Below are positions 26,119-37,968 of a stretch of 64,000 nucleotides of DNA, one piece after another; within the stretch, counting starts at the first letter, position 1; the number at the start of each line of letters is the position of its first letter. The notes below the pieces were generated by a model. That model did not search any database. It was given only the letters and a program-made list of their open reading frames with translations, and was not told where the DNA came from. Position numbers and translations under genes: made by a program. This DNA is from Azolla caroliniana (Eukaryota > Plantae > Polypodiophyta): NCBI GenBank assembly GCA_043228905.1, contig JBHGNT010000016.1:4278001-4342000 (forward strand). Direction: 5' to 3'.

Positions 26119-29100
26119 ATGAATACTCAAATGGGGAGCGCTCTCCCTAGAGAGAAGTTGGATTGCAACAACTTTGCATCTTGGGAGTACAAGATGCACC
26201 AATACCTTGTCGGCCAAGGCTATTGGAGCTACATCAAAGGAGCACAAGAAACTCGGCCCGAGCCCGAAGACGCCGACTATGCAACATGGGAGCAAGCGGC
26301 AAGCCGAGTGATGTATTGCTTGGCGACATGTGTTCACGACCACATGCTCGGGTACATTCGAGAAGCCAAGACGCCGAAGGAAGCGTGGGAGAATCTATGA
26401 AAGATTTTCACCGCCAACACTGCCGCGAGAAAGCTTCAACTCTGCCAAGAGTTGAATAATATCCAACAAAGGGATATGTTCGTCACGAGCTACACCTTGA
26501 AGATCAAGGAGCTTTGTGATTCGCTCGGCTCGATAAGCGTAAACATGGAGGATGACGAGATGGTGCAAATATGTCTCGGCGGCCTTGCACCACGATTCGG
26601 CACGATGCGGACCGCCGTACTAGCACGGGAGAATCCACCCTCCTTCTTCGATCTTCAATCCATGTTGTTGGTCGAAGAAAACCATGTTTGAACAAGGAGT
26701 AATGGCTCGGCAAGCCAAATGCTCTACACGCACTTGGATGGAGGAAGAGGACGCGACCGTGCAAGAAGAGACCGATTCGGCCAAGGACGAGGCGGACGAG
26801 GCCCGATTTACAAAAACAACTCGCAATTTTGACATCAAGACGGAAGCCATTGAGGAACCTTCGGAAGAAGGGGGAGCTTCCATTCCAGTCCGAACCGACA
26901 AAGCTCGGTCGAATGCGGATATTGCGGAAAAATCGGTCACCACGAAGAAGAATGTCGTAAGAAGATACGCGAGTTGGCTTCCACTAGCCGACAACTCACC
27001 AACTATGCCATCAACTCCGACTATGATGATCGCGGCGGAATGTTCATGATGAGACATAGAGCGAATTCTATGTCAGCCTCTACTTTTACTAATGCCTCTG
27101 GTCCGGAAGACGTATGGTTCGTAGATGTCGCATATGATGTCGCATCAAGAATGGTTCCGAGAACTTTGAGAGCTGGACCGACCCAGTTATGTCGAAACCG
27201 AAGACGACACTACACACCCGATTCGGCACATCGGCAATGTTCCATTCAGAGAAGAAGGTAAGCAAACTTATATTAAAAATGTCTTGCATGTACTAACTAT
27301 CACGAAGAATTTGGTCTCCGTCGGCCAAATTGTAGAGCAAGGAATGCAAGTACGATTTAATCAAGGTGGTTGCTTCATCGAAAAAGAGGGCCGACTCATC
27401 GCACACGGACGAAGAGAGGGCCGAATGTTCATTCTCGACTCACACGAGATGAAATCGGCTATGTTTGCAAAGGGCATGAAGGCCGATTCCGACATAGAGT
27501 TATGGCACAAGTGGATTGACCATATCAACCTCCAAAAGCTCAAGGCAATGCAATCGAAAGGAGTCGTCATCGGGCTCTCAACATTCACGGAGAAAGAGAT
27601 TGAAGGCGTATGTGCGGCTTGCCAATTCGGCAAGCAACATCGGCATCCATTTCCGAAGGAGAGGAATGTAAGCAAAGGCGTACTCGACGTAATTCATTCC
27701 GATGTATGGAGACCGGCTCAAACGGCGACATTCGGCGGATGCCGATATTACGTGACCTTTATCGACGACTTCTCTAGGCACACTTGGATCTACCCGATGC
27801 GGCAAAAGAGCGAAGTGTTCAGACACTTCCAAAAATTCAAGAGTGGAGTCGAAAAAGCTACAAGTCGACACGTATGGTGCCTTCGATCGGATGGAGGCAA
27901 GGAATATTTCTCGGATGAGTTTACGATGTATCTACGGAAAGAAGAAATTCGGCGAGAGTTTTCGTGTCGACATACGCCACAACAAAACGGAGTGACCGAA
28001 CGAAAGAATCGGCACATCCTTGAAGTAGCACGGGCCATGATGAACGAAAAGCACGTGCCGAAGTTGTACTGGGCAGAAGTGGCTCACACGGCCATATACC
28101 TCATGAATCGGTGTATGATATCCGACGTGCATGACCTCACGTCGCACGAGAAGTTTTACGAAAAGAAGCCGGATCTATCGCATGTTCGGATATTTGGCTC
28201 CATTGCGTACGTGCACATCCCTGACGAGAAGCGACAAAAGCTCGACCCGAATTCGGAGAAATGTATCCTCGTAGGATACTCACTGGAGCAAAAGGGGTAC
28301 AAGTGCTACAACCCCTCAACTCGAAAATCTCAAGTAAGTCGAGACGTCATTTTTGACGAGTCCGCATCCTGGTACACACCACAGACAACTTCAACTCCGA
28401 TTCCGCTTGAGCCAGAATCTGCCGAACAAGAGATAGAGGATGAAGATCGCTTTATGCGCATGTTCGAAGAAAGTCCGATCACGACCCAACTGAGCGGACC
28501 ACAAGAGCCTTTGAGCGATCAAAGCAGGTCTCGACCAAGTCCGAAGTTGGACAAAGGGAAGGCCAAAATGCCAGAGTATGAAGACGCTCATTTCGATGGC
28601 AATGAATCGACTCACTCCCTCGATAGTGAGTTCAAAGGCCTTGACATCCGGAGAAATGGAGTGAAGAAAGCCTTAGAATCCGCAAATGAGAAGCTACACT
28701 GATCCACTCATGAAAAGAACCCCGTAAACCGCTTCGGCTACGATGAGTATATGGCATACCATTATGCCTTTATGATGAAGGTCGCAATAGTACGGGAGCT
28801 GGAAACCTTTTCTGAAGCCACGAAAGACCTGCGATGGATCGAAGCAATGAACGAGGAGATGCGTGCACTATGCAAGAATGACACATGGGATCTCGTTCCC
28901 CACTCATTGCACAGGAAGGTGATCAGATGTAGATGAATCGCTACAAAGCTCGACTCGTAGCGAAAGGATACGCACAAACACATGGCGTCGACTACGAAGA
29001 AACATTTGCCCCGGTGGCAAAGATGATGATTGTGCGGACCGTAATTGCACTCGCAATGGCAAAAGGGTGGCACCTCCACCAAATGGACGTCAAGAACGCC

Positions 29101-30400
29101 TTTCTTCAAGGAGAATTAGACGAGGCGGTGTACATGGTACAAACACCCGGCTTCGAATCGCGCATTCATCCAAAAGCCGTATGCCAACTCAAGAAGCCTC
29201 TCTACGGTCTCAAGTAAGCATCGCGTGCTTGGCATTCGAAGATTACGCAATATTTTCATCAAATCGTCTTTCGAATGTCGAAATCCGACAACTCCCTCTA
29301 CGTACAAACGACTCTAGAAGCCTAATTGTCATCATCCTATACGTGGATGATTTGGTCATTGGAGGCGAAAGTCTAGTCGACATCAACAAGGTCAAGTCCC
29401 TCCTCTCCGGAAAATTCGAGATGACGGATATAAGGAGCTCCATTACTTCCTTGGCATCGAAGTAATTCGGATTCTGATCGGCATTTCGATCTCTCAACGG
29501 CAGTACATCCTCAACTTGTTATACAAGTTCGGGATGACTGAGTGCAAATTAGTCGCTACGCCTCTTGATCGAAACCTCAAACTAGATGCTAACTCCGGCA
29601 CAGACGAGTGTGAGCCGACCCAATATCGTCAATTGATCAGGAGCCTCATCTATCTCATGATCACTCGACTCGATCTTAGCTATCCAGTCGGACTCCTCAG
29701 CCAATTCATGCAAAAACCACGCGACATTCACTTGGATTGTGTTAAGCGAGTATTACGATATTTGAACGGAACAATGTATTACGACATTCTCTACAAATCG
29801 GCCACACCAATACGACTTCAAGGGTATACAGATGCGGATTGGGCTGGCTACAAAGCCGATCGACGATTGACCTCCAGATTTGTCTTCTCCCTCGGCAGCG
29901 ATGCGATTTTGTGGAGTAGAAAGAAGCAGCCTACCATCGCTTTTTCGAGTACGGAGGCGGAATACAAGGGCGCAACAGTAGCTGCATGTGAAGCCGTATG
30001 GCTCAAGAGGATTTTGAAGGATTTGGGCATTCCCATCAAGGATCTAACTGCCATTTACTACGACAACATGAGAAGTATATATCTGGCTCGGAACCCGGTG
30101 TTCCACGCACGCACAAAGCATATCGAAGTGCACTATCACTTCATTCGAGAGTGCGTACAGGCCGGAGATGTCGACTTTCAACACATCAACACGAATCTTC
30201 AGATGACTGACATCTTCACGAAAGCCTTAGGAGTCGACAAGCTTCGGCAATTCATGTTAGACCTCAGATTGACGATTCCTGACTTGCCAAGCTTGGGGGG
30301 AGTACAAGCGAGAACCGGAGATCTTCCGAACCGGATACCAGCCGAAGCGGACATCAATAAAAAGGAACCGACCCGATTTGAGCTTGAGGGGGCGTGTTGA
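26119..30400 (+). pseudogene. Copia-1 gag-pol, disrupted
   Basis: UBN2-type gag, CGYCGK.GH.EEEC knuckle, IN (IHSDVW, FIDDFSR, RSDGGKEY, PQQNGV), RT (QMDVKNAFL, LYVDDL), RH (YTDADWAG, TKHIEVHYHF); several stops, frameshifts and small deletions. Confidence 0.92.
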
Positions 30401-30851
30401 GAATCAAGCTCAACATAGTGCAACGTGTGAACACACCTTTTGAGAATCCATGATTACTCAAAGGTCAAGAGTCACACCACTACTCTCTACACATTAAATA
30501 TGTGTCATAGAATCATATTCTATGACACATAACTAATGAGTTACATATTCCCCATGACTATGAGTCTTCACATTCCCCAAGAGAGAGAGTGGTTGTTGTA
30601 AAGTTAATGAAGAGAGAGGGTGACTCTATATAAAGCACCCTCCTCATACTTCATACTAAGTCGGTTGTGACTGCTTGTAATGCCACATTTTCATTTATCA
30701 TATTCTCCTTGTTACTATACATCTCCTTCTTTTTGAGTACTTCATTTTGTCTCTTATCCATCTTGTGTTTCTCTCCTCTCCTCTTTCCTCTCACACATAC
30801 ACATAACACACATCTCTTCCGCTACACAAGAATCACCATTGAATCTTTACA
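30395..30851 (+). repeat. Copia-1 3' LTR
   Basis: Direct repeat of 25490-25946. Confidence 0.95.
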
Positions 30852-31261
30852 TATTATTATAATTTATATGATAATAATAACATATCCCTCCTATAAATAG
30901 GAATAGCTAGGACGAAATTATTTGTAATGATGTGTATAGAGCTTCTACAATAGAGAGTAGATGTGAGTGTAGTAGAGAGTAGGAAGAGACGTGAGAGTGC
31001 GCGAGAGAGAGGCATAGTTTAGTGGAACTAGCCAAAACCCTAAGTGGGTATTCTCTAATTTTCAGAGATTTATAATATGTTTTTCCATCCTGTACCTGTG
31101 TTCATAGTGAATATCCGTTGCCCGTGGTTTTTCTTTGTTTTAGGGTTTCCACGTAAAAACCTGTGTACCATGTATTCTCTACCGGCTTGCTATTTTCTAT
31201 TTCCGCGTTTTGCATATCAGTCTATCTTTCTTGTCTATCTATGGTACATCTCTCAACAAAC

Positions 31262-31273
31262 TGGTATCAGAGC
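31262..31273 (+). promoter_or_regulatory. Copia-2 primer-binding site (tRNA-iMet)
   Basis: TGGTATCAGAGC 3 nt after the LTR-terminal CA. Confidence 0.9.
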
Positions 31274-31471
31274 TTGAGGTGCACAAATGGAAGGAGGTGT
31301 GAGTGGTTTCCTAGGAATGATGATCCTAAACTCACACAACTACTTTGAGTGGAAGATCAAGATGGACAATCTTCTGATAGTCAAAGATCTGTACGAACCC
31401 ATAGACAGAGAAGAGATACCCATAGGGGTGTTGGAGTCTGAGTGGAAACTCTTGAACATGAAGGTAGTGGC

Positions 31472-32105
31472 TATTGGGAGACAGGTCCCTCCGGATGGGA
31501 AGGGAGAAGGACAGTGCTGATAAACAAACTTGGCTGAGGCCGAAACCGGATGAGGAGTACCCGGCTACGGAGAGCCGGATGGTGTAGACCCGGTATGAAC
31601 CGGATGAGGAGTACCCGGCTACGGAGAGCCGGATGGTGCAGACCTGGTATGAACCGGATGAAGAGACATATTCGTAAATATGTTTCTGAGAGTCCATCGA
31701 GGGTATATTTGTAAATAGCCGAAAAGTCATATTAGTATAAATATGACTTAGGGCAAACGTAAAGTTGTTGTTGTCATTCTTGTTGGTGCAAGAAAAGAGA
31801 GAGTGCGTAACTATACAGAGAGAGAGAAAGAGGTCGTTTCCTCTGTTGTAACCGCCGCATGTGGCGAAGATCTGTGAGCTAGAGGTCGTTGCCTCAGTGA
31901 ACTCACTGTTGTATATTCTTACATAGTGACAATTTGCAGCCTGTGGGCTGCCGTGGTTTTTTCCCCTAGTTTGGGGTTTTTTCCACGTTAAACATCCTGC
32001 GTACTCGTCTCTTCTTTGTGTCGCGTTTTATTTCCCGTTTTCTGTGTGTCATTCTAAGCTCGGTTGTGGCCGAGCGTTGCGCATAGGTGTGTTGAGTTCC
32101 CGACA
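31472..32105 (+). mobile_element. Solo LTR (634 bp) related to Copia-3, inserted in Copia-2 gag
   Basis: TA(TG)TTGGGA...CCGACA ends; TSD GTGGC/ATGGC; removing it restores KVVA-TIRQYVD; shares blocks with the reverse complement of 60591-61289. Confidence 0.88.
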
Positions 32106-33375
32106 ATGGCCACCATCAGACAATATGTAGACTTGAGTGTCCTACAACACGTGGCTAACGACACAAACTCCTACAAAATGTCTCACAAACTGTTAGGTTT
32201 GTACGAATGGAAAAATGTGCTCAACAAAAGTTCCCTGATGAGAAAGATTGTGAGACTAAAGTACAAAGATGGAGAAAGCATTGTGGTACACATTAACACC
32301 TTCATGGGTTTGGTGAATCAACTTGCAACAACAAAGTTTCCATTAGATGATGCTATGAAGGCCTTGTTGCTGCTATGTACCCTGCTAGACAACAAGGAGA
32401 ACCTGGATGTGTCTCTTAGTACCTCATGGCAAGAAGAAAACTTGTCATTGCAAGTGCTAAAGACAAGTATCCTGAACAAGGAGACAAGAAGGAAGGACAA
32501 AGGTGTCCTATCCCAATCTAAGGCAAATGTGGCACAACATTCCGACAGAAGAAGAACCAAGCAGAGGAGCCAACAGAAGTCGCTTGCCAGATCCAAGTCC
32601 AGAGGAAAGCTCACATGCTTTTATTGCGGAAAATCTGGACACTTCCAAAATGACCGTCGACAACTTAAGAAAGACAAAGGTGCGCCAAACAATGTCGAAC
32701 CGAGAAATATTTCTGAGGAGAAGGGCACTTCAGCCGTGGCTACAAGCGAAGAAGATCTTTTGTTCATTTGCAAACAAGCGAGTGCAAAGCTTGGAAATGA
32801 AGAGTGCACCTAGGTGATTGAGTCCAGTGCATCATTTCGTATAACTCCCTCGAGAGAGTGTTTCTTGTCTTACACAATCGGTGACAATGGCTATGTAGAG
32901 ATGGGTAGTCGACATTGGAAGTGTATGCCTAACAACATCGACCGGTTGTTAGCCGACCCTGAGGGATGTTCGACATGTGCAAGATATCAGGCTGAATCTA
33001 ATATCGACCGGAAGAATGGATGATGAAGGCTACAATGGTGTAGTTTTCGAAACGACAAATGGAAGTTATGTGGGGGAAATCTCATAGTGGTCGGAGCACA
33101 GAAACATGGTACTCTATATATGATGCATGCCAAGTTGTGCAAGGATGAAGCAAACGTGGCAACCGACTCGAGTGGAGAGATATGGCACAAGAGGCTTTGT
33201 CACATGAGCGAGAGAGGCATGCATATCCTAGCCGACTAGAAACTTCCTCCAGAAGTAAAAGGAATGCACTTGGAGAGATGTGTCGACTGCTTGGTAGGAA
33301 AGCAAAATAGAGCATCATTCCACTCGAGACTACCAAAGAGAAGAGAAGTTGTATTGGAATTGGTACACACAACAT

Positions 33376-34625
33376 TGTCGCGGAGGATTCCGGCCACTAG
33401 AAGAAAAATCCGCCGGATGAGTGGGAACGGGGATGTGCACATTTTGCACATGAAAAGGGTCTTTGTATAAAACAAATGTAAATAAAGAGAATATTAATAA
33501 GTACAAGACAACATAGTTAATAGGTACTTTTATAATCCCACAAAAAGAGGGGAATGATAGTGTGTGATGGCAAAGAATCGTGGGAGAATCTTTGACAGGA
33601 AATGGCTGTAATAACAGCCTAATGTAACATCGACCCTCCGTCTCTTTGGAGCTATAAAAGGAAGGGGAGGTGTCTGTCTTGGGGATCGACCATTTTAGAG
33701 GGGAAGGTGCCGTCAGATTGCGTCTCGAAGTGCTGTAGAATTTCTGCTCTATGCATTTAGTTAGAGGGGGGTAGAGGCCTCTGCTCGTGTAGGAAGCCCG
33801 TGTGCTCCCGACAAGAGGCTCGCCAGTCAGCACGTTTGTTGAGCTTGAAGCTTCGTTTTCTGGCCTAAGGCCATTGTTGTATTCATTCTCTGTATCTAAT
33901 CGATTTCTTGGCATTATTGTGTCTGGGGTTTGTGCATGTGTGTGTGGGTTTGTTTTTGTCTGTCCGATTGCATTCATGATTGTCTCGTTATTTTTGTGCA
34001 TGGGAAGGTGTTGCTCCTTCCCTCCTCTAATTTGCACATAACTATTTGAGCCTGCGAGCCCGTGTGCTCATCTTTCGGTTTAGGGTTTAGGGTTTAGGAT
34101 CTAGTTTGAGAGGCGATTCGTGTGACCATCGGCACTGGACCGGACCGTGCTCGACACGAGCAAGGTCCTATTTATGAAGTCAGTCGACTCAAGCAACAGA
34201 GAGAAGGTTGGTCTCCTCTTGGAGACGGATGAAGGTTGACTGGGCGGTGGTTAAGAGTGTATGTAGCTATTTCAATAAGTGGCGTGATTGGAACGACGAG
34301 GGGACGTCGTCAACCAGCCCGATCACAAAGGGAGTAACAGGGGAGGTGCCGACTAGGTCGGACAAGACAAGAAGGCGAGTAGACACGGACCTGGTAGCAC
34401 CGGCTAACATTTCCAGTGGACCATCTGGAGGAGCGGCGTTGGAAGAGCTCACCAAAATTGTGAGAGACCTACAGATTGCCCATGCTCGGAGGGATGGTGG
34501 GGGTCAATCACGTGACCGGAGGCCGCATAATGGCCTTAGATGCATGTGGTGCGACGGTGTCGACCACATCCAGAGTGATTACACCAACTTCAACGAGGCG
34601 TTGAGGAACAATGTGATGTACCTGT
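33376..34625 (+). mobile_element. Truncated Ty3/gypsy 'D' of the A/B/C family: partial LTR fused to mid-gag
   Basis: Starts TGTCG; TATA block GAGCTATAAAAG as in LTR A; 34104-34625 is homologous to gag of A (DRTVLDTS, DWAVVK, ELTKIVRDLQIA, CMWCDGVDH). LTR end, PBS and gag start are deleted. Confidence 0.8.
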
Positions 34626-34903
34626 TGTTATGATATGGCAAGATTTGAACCCATGACTTTATGTTACATGGGTCGAGCTCTAGCCATTAGACTATATATT
34701 GTAATATGAAAGATATTATTTGTCTTTCCTTCTATCGTGAGTTCTACACCCTTTTCTCTCTCGTAGTACTAATTCTCATCTTTCAATACTAATTCCCTCT
34801 CTGTCTTAGTACTGTTCCTGACAGTTTGAACTTATTTGCCCGCATCCTCTTACCCCTCCTTCCTTTCATACTAATCCTCTTATCCTCCCTAGTAAAAATA
34901 ACA
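34626..34903 (+). repeat. X 5' LTR (278 bp)
   Basis: Perfect terminal inverted repeat TGTTAT...ATAACA; begins exactly where gag homology of D stops. Partner LTR not in the window. Confidence 0.75.
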
Positions 34904-35055
34904 ACTGTTAGCGCTCAGGAATACCAATATGTTTTCTCGGAGTTTTAGTGCTTAAAAGAGAAGTTTGTAGCACTAGAACAAGAAAATGATCGTTTGTTGG
35001 GGGATCTTCAACAAATAGCATTAGAAAACAACAACACGGGGAGCTGACGTTACGT

Positions 35056-35743
35056 TGTCGTGAAGAAACCCGTCCCCAGGCGCAAACCGTGTATAGCATG
35101 TGTGAACCGGCCCTTACACGTGGGCACGCTCCTTATTGTATAGTAGATAGGTAGGCACAGAATTCGAATCCTAGGTAGCAATATTCTATAGGGAGAATCG
35201 AGGAGTATCTCTGTCTGAAAGGACAAAGAGTTAATGTGATGTAAACGGGGGAAACGGCCTCCCTCCTTGAGCTATAAAAGAGAGGGAGACGGGGGAGAGA
35301 AGGGATCGTGGGGAGAGGGGACGAAGTGCTGTCGGACTGGGACCAAGTTCTTCTTCTCTGTCATTCTCCATAGCTTTCTTTTGTGCAGGTTCTCAGGAGG
35401 CTGATTCTGTCCCGTGGAACGCACGTGTGCTTCCGGCAGAATCTCCATCTTGCTCCCGTGTGTGTGTAGGTGATCAGGCGTCGGCATCCGTCTCGCCGTC
35501 CTGATCGGCTGTAATCGTTCGAGTCGCCTGCATACATACAAATACATACATATTTTTTTTATGTACATACGCTAGTGTTATCAACTCGTGTCTCCTGTGT
35601 TGATTGGGCCGCGTCCCCGTGTGCTTCTTTGTCTATACGTGAGTGAGCGTCTCTCTCTTTCTCCCTCTTTTCTCACCTATTCGTCGGTCCAAGACCCCAG
35701 TGGTCCCGCCTTGTTCTCCACGCACGCGCGTAGCAACGCGACA
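35056..35743 (+). repeat. A 5' LTR
   Basis: Direct repeat of 41474-42161; roughly 17 mostly transition differences by eye. Confidence 0.95.
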
Positions 35744-35747
35744 TATT

Positions 35748-35764
35748 TGGTGAACCCGACGTGA
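35748..35764 (+). promoter_or_regulatory. A primer-binding site, complementary to tRNA-Trp 3' end
   Basis: TGGTGAACCCGACGTGA, 4 nt after the LTR; identical in B and C. Confidence 0.85.
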
Positions 35765-35785
35765 AAGGCGGCAGAGGTATAGAAG

Positions 35786-37912
35786 ATGAGGGGGTCGGAC
35801 CTCGCAGAAGCCATGGCTTCGGCTGTGGACCGTATAGTGAATGCGCGCGAAGGCACCGGCGCCCTTGATAGGGCTATCGAGGCGGTTGTCGGTATGATCG
35901 GCCGGTTTAGTGGGAAGGATGCCACGAGCTACTTGGCATCCTACCGGGTTGAGATGGTAATGAGAGACATTCCGGAAGAGAGGCGCCTAGCCGGATTCCC
36001 TCGAGTGGCGATACCGGGCATCCATACGGCGGTGCTCGAGGTACGGGTCGAGAGCCGGACCTGGGAGGAGTTTGAAGGTCGGCTCCTCAAAAAATACGGG
36101 CTTGAAGATGCGCTTCGACTTTCGAAGCGGGACTTCATGGAGTGGGTGGAGACCCCCGACAAAGGAAGGAACGCGTCGGTGCTCCTCCGAGAGTTTGAGG
36201 AACGCTTCACGCGCCTCTCGGTGCTTGACCGGACCATTCTGGACACAAGTCGTGTCCGATTGTTTGTTAAGTCAGTTGATGAGCGGGATCGGGAGCAAGT
36301 AGGCCTCCTATTGGAGACTGATGACGGGCTGACGGCCGACTGGGCCGTGGTGAAGAGGGTCTGTGGCCGTTTCGACAAACGGCGGGAATGGGTTGACAAA
36401 GGATTGACAGGGGCGGGCTCTGTCGCAGCAAGGAAGCTCGAGCCAACACCACCAACGCGAAGGGAAGAGACCCGAGATTGGCTCGAGACCAGATCGGCTT
36501 CGACCGGCATGGTCAAGGGCTCGCCCGGGGAAGCAGACCTGGAGGAACTGACGCGGATGGTAAAGGATCTCCAGATCGCCCAGGCACGGAGGGACGATGG
36601 CGAACAGGCCCGTGACCGACGACCTCTGGCTGGAAACAGGTGCATGTGGTGTGACGCGGTTGGCCACATCCAGAAGGACTGCGGGGACTTCGCCGAGGCG
36701 ATGAGAAGCAACGTGGTGTCCCTGTGGAACGGTCGGGTGCACGCCAGCGAGACCCGAAGGCCCCTGGACCTGAACGTCAGGCGAGGAGGTATGAAAAGGC
36801 TGATGGAGGAGGCGGCGGCTCGTCACGCGGAGACCGTCCACTACTCGGCGTCAACTGGTATTCGGGTCAGAGGTAGTGAGGCCCCGAAGACGAACAAAGC
36901 CGGGTTCTGACCGATGATGCTAGAAGGCCTCGCCGGCGCACAACTAAGGAAAGAAGAGGCGGACCGCGCGGAAAAACGGGTCCGGGAGGTAACCGGGTGG
37001 AGTGACCCGGTGGAAGAAAAGACGGGCTTCGTCGAAGCCGCTTGTCAAAACTACGAGGCCCTGGTGGAGGACAATCGGGTAGGAAAAACCGGAGGGGCCG
37101 GATCCTCGCAACGATATGAAACTCGATTCGGGCAAAGGTGGAATGAGGCCGGTGTAACCGGCGCCTAGGATAATCCCAAGAAAGGCGGGTACCGGCTGGG
37201 CACAGAAATCGAAAGACCCACGGACCTGCGAAAGGTCCTGGAAAAACGAATCCTCGATAGCAAGGTGGAACTGTCGCTGAGGGAAGTGCTCGGGATCGCC
37301 AAGAAGGAGTTCCACGACTCCATCATGGACTTGGTGAAAAGGAAGAGGCTGTCGATGGAGACAGAACTGGAGAAGCTGGTGGAGGTGCGGATGACGCACA
37401 TAGAGGACATGGCGCTGGAAGACGAGTTGGCGGAGAGCCACTATTCGAGGCCACACTGGGCCAGAGCGACCACGGAGACCCCTGTGAAGATCGGAGATGT
37501 TCATGAACTAGTGGTGGCGTTGGTGGACCACGGTTCAGAAATCAATTTGATGTCCATGGACTTCTACAAGAAGGGGAAATGGCCGATCAACACCAAGCAC
37601 GGGTGGAAAATACGGGTAGCGACGCGTGCCACCGAAGAACTGCATGGTGCCTGCCCGAATGTACGAGTAAAGATCGGCGATGTCGAGATTGACCATCACT
37701 TCTTCGTGCAGGAGACGTCCTCACATCCGGTTATACTAGGAGAACCGTACATCATGGCAGCACGGATGGAGACCAAGGTGCTGGACAACGGCTCGGCCTA
37801 TGCAAGGGTCAAGAGCCAGGATGGGCGTCACTCGGTCCAGTTCCTGACGGTGAGACCGAACCATGAGCGGAACCGCGAGACCCTCGGGGGCGAAAGCCGA
37901 GAGGATTTTTAG
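35786..37912 (+). pseudogene. A gag-protease ORF (one frame, two premature stops)
   Basis: ORFs 35786, 36914 and 37265 share a frame; knuckle CMWCDAVGHIQKDC; PR ALVDHGSEIN and VILGEP; ends REDF*. Confidence 0.88.
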
Positions 37913-37968
37913 AGAGGGCTATCAAGGCGTGGGGCCGCGATAGTCCGGACACTCCGGGAAAACCCCAC
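37903..37968 (+). promoter_or_regulatory. Predicted -1 ribosomal frameshift signal of A
   Basis: G_GAT_TTT heptamer, 6-nt spacer, stem 37916-37923/37939-37946 and stem 37929-37934/37963-37968. Confidence 0.8.

Larger units (their letters stand above)
25490..30851 (+). mobile_element. Ty1/copia element 'Copia-1', full-length, decayed
   Basis: 457-bp LTRs, TSD TATTA (25485-25489 / 30852-30856), degenerate iMet PBS TGGTATTTGAGC at 25947, PPT GAGGGGGCG at 30386-30394; order gag-PR-IN-RT-RH. Confidence 0.96.
25258..33375 (+). mobile_element. Ty1/copia element 'Copia-2' (outermost host; 5' LTR, gag, PR, start of integrase), interrupted three times
   Basis: 5' LTR ~25258 (TGTT, start inferred) to 31258 (AACA), split by Copia-1. 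PBS TGGTATCAGAGC at 31262. Gag starts 31287 and resumes 32111; decayed CCHC knuckle and PR; C..C..GKQ.R..F and LELVHT just before the insertion at 33376. Confidence 0.8.

Noticed and set aside
33330-34037. 235-aa minus-strand ORF as an extra or env-like gene
   Set aside because: It spans the D LTR and crosses the insertion junction at 33376; no recognisable motif.
36908-36910. Stop codon in A gag as a programmed readthrough site
   Set aside because: It is TGG (Trp) in B and C, so a G-to-A decay mutation like most other stops in these copies.
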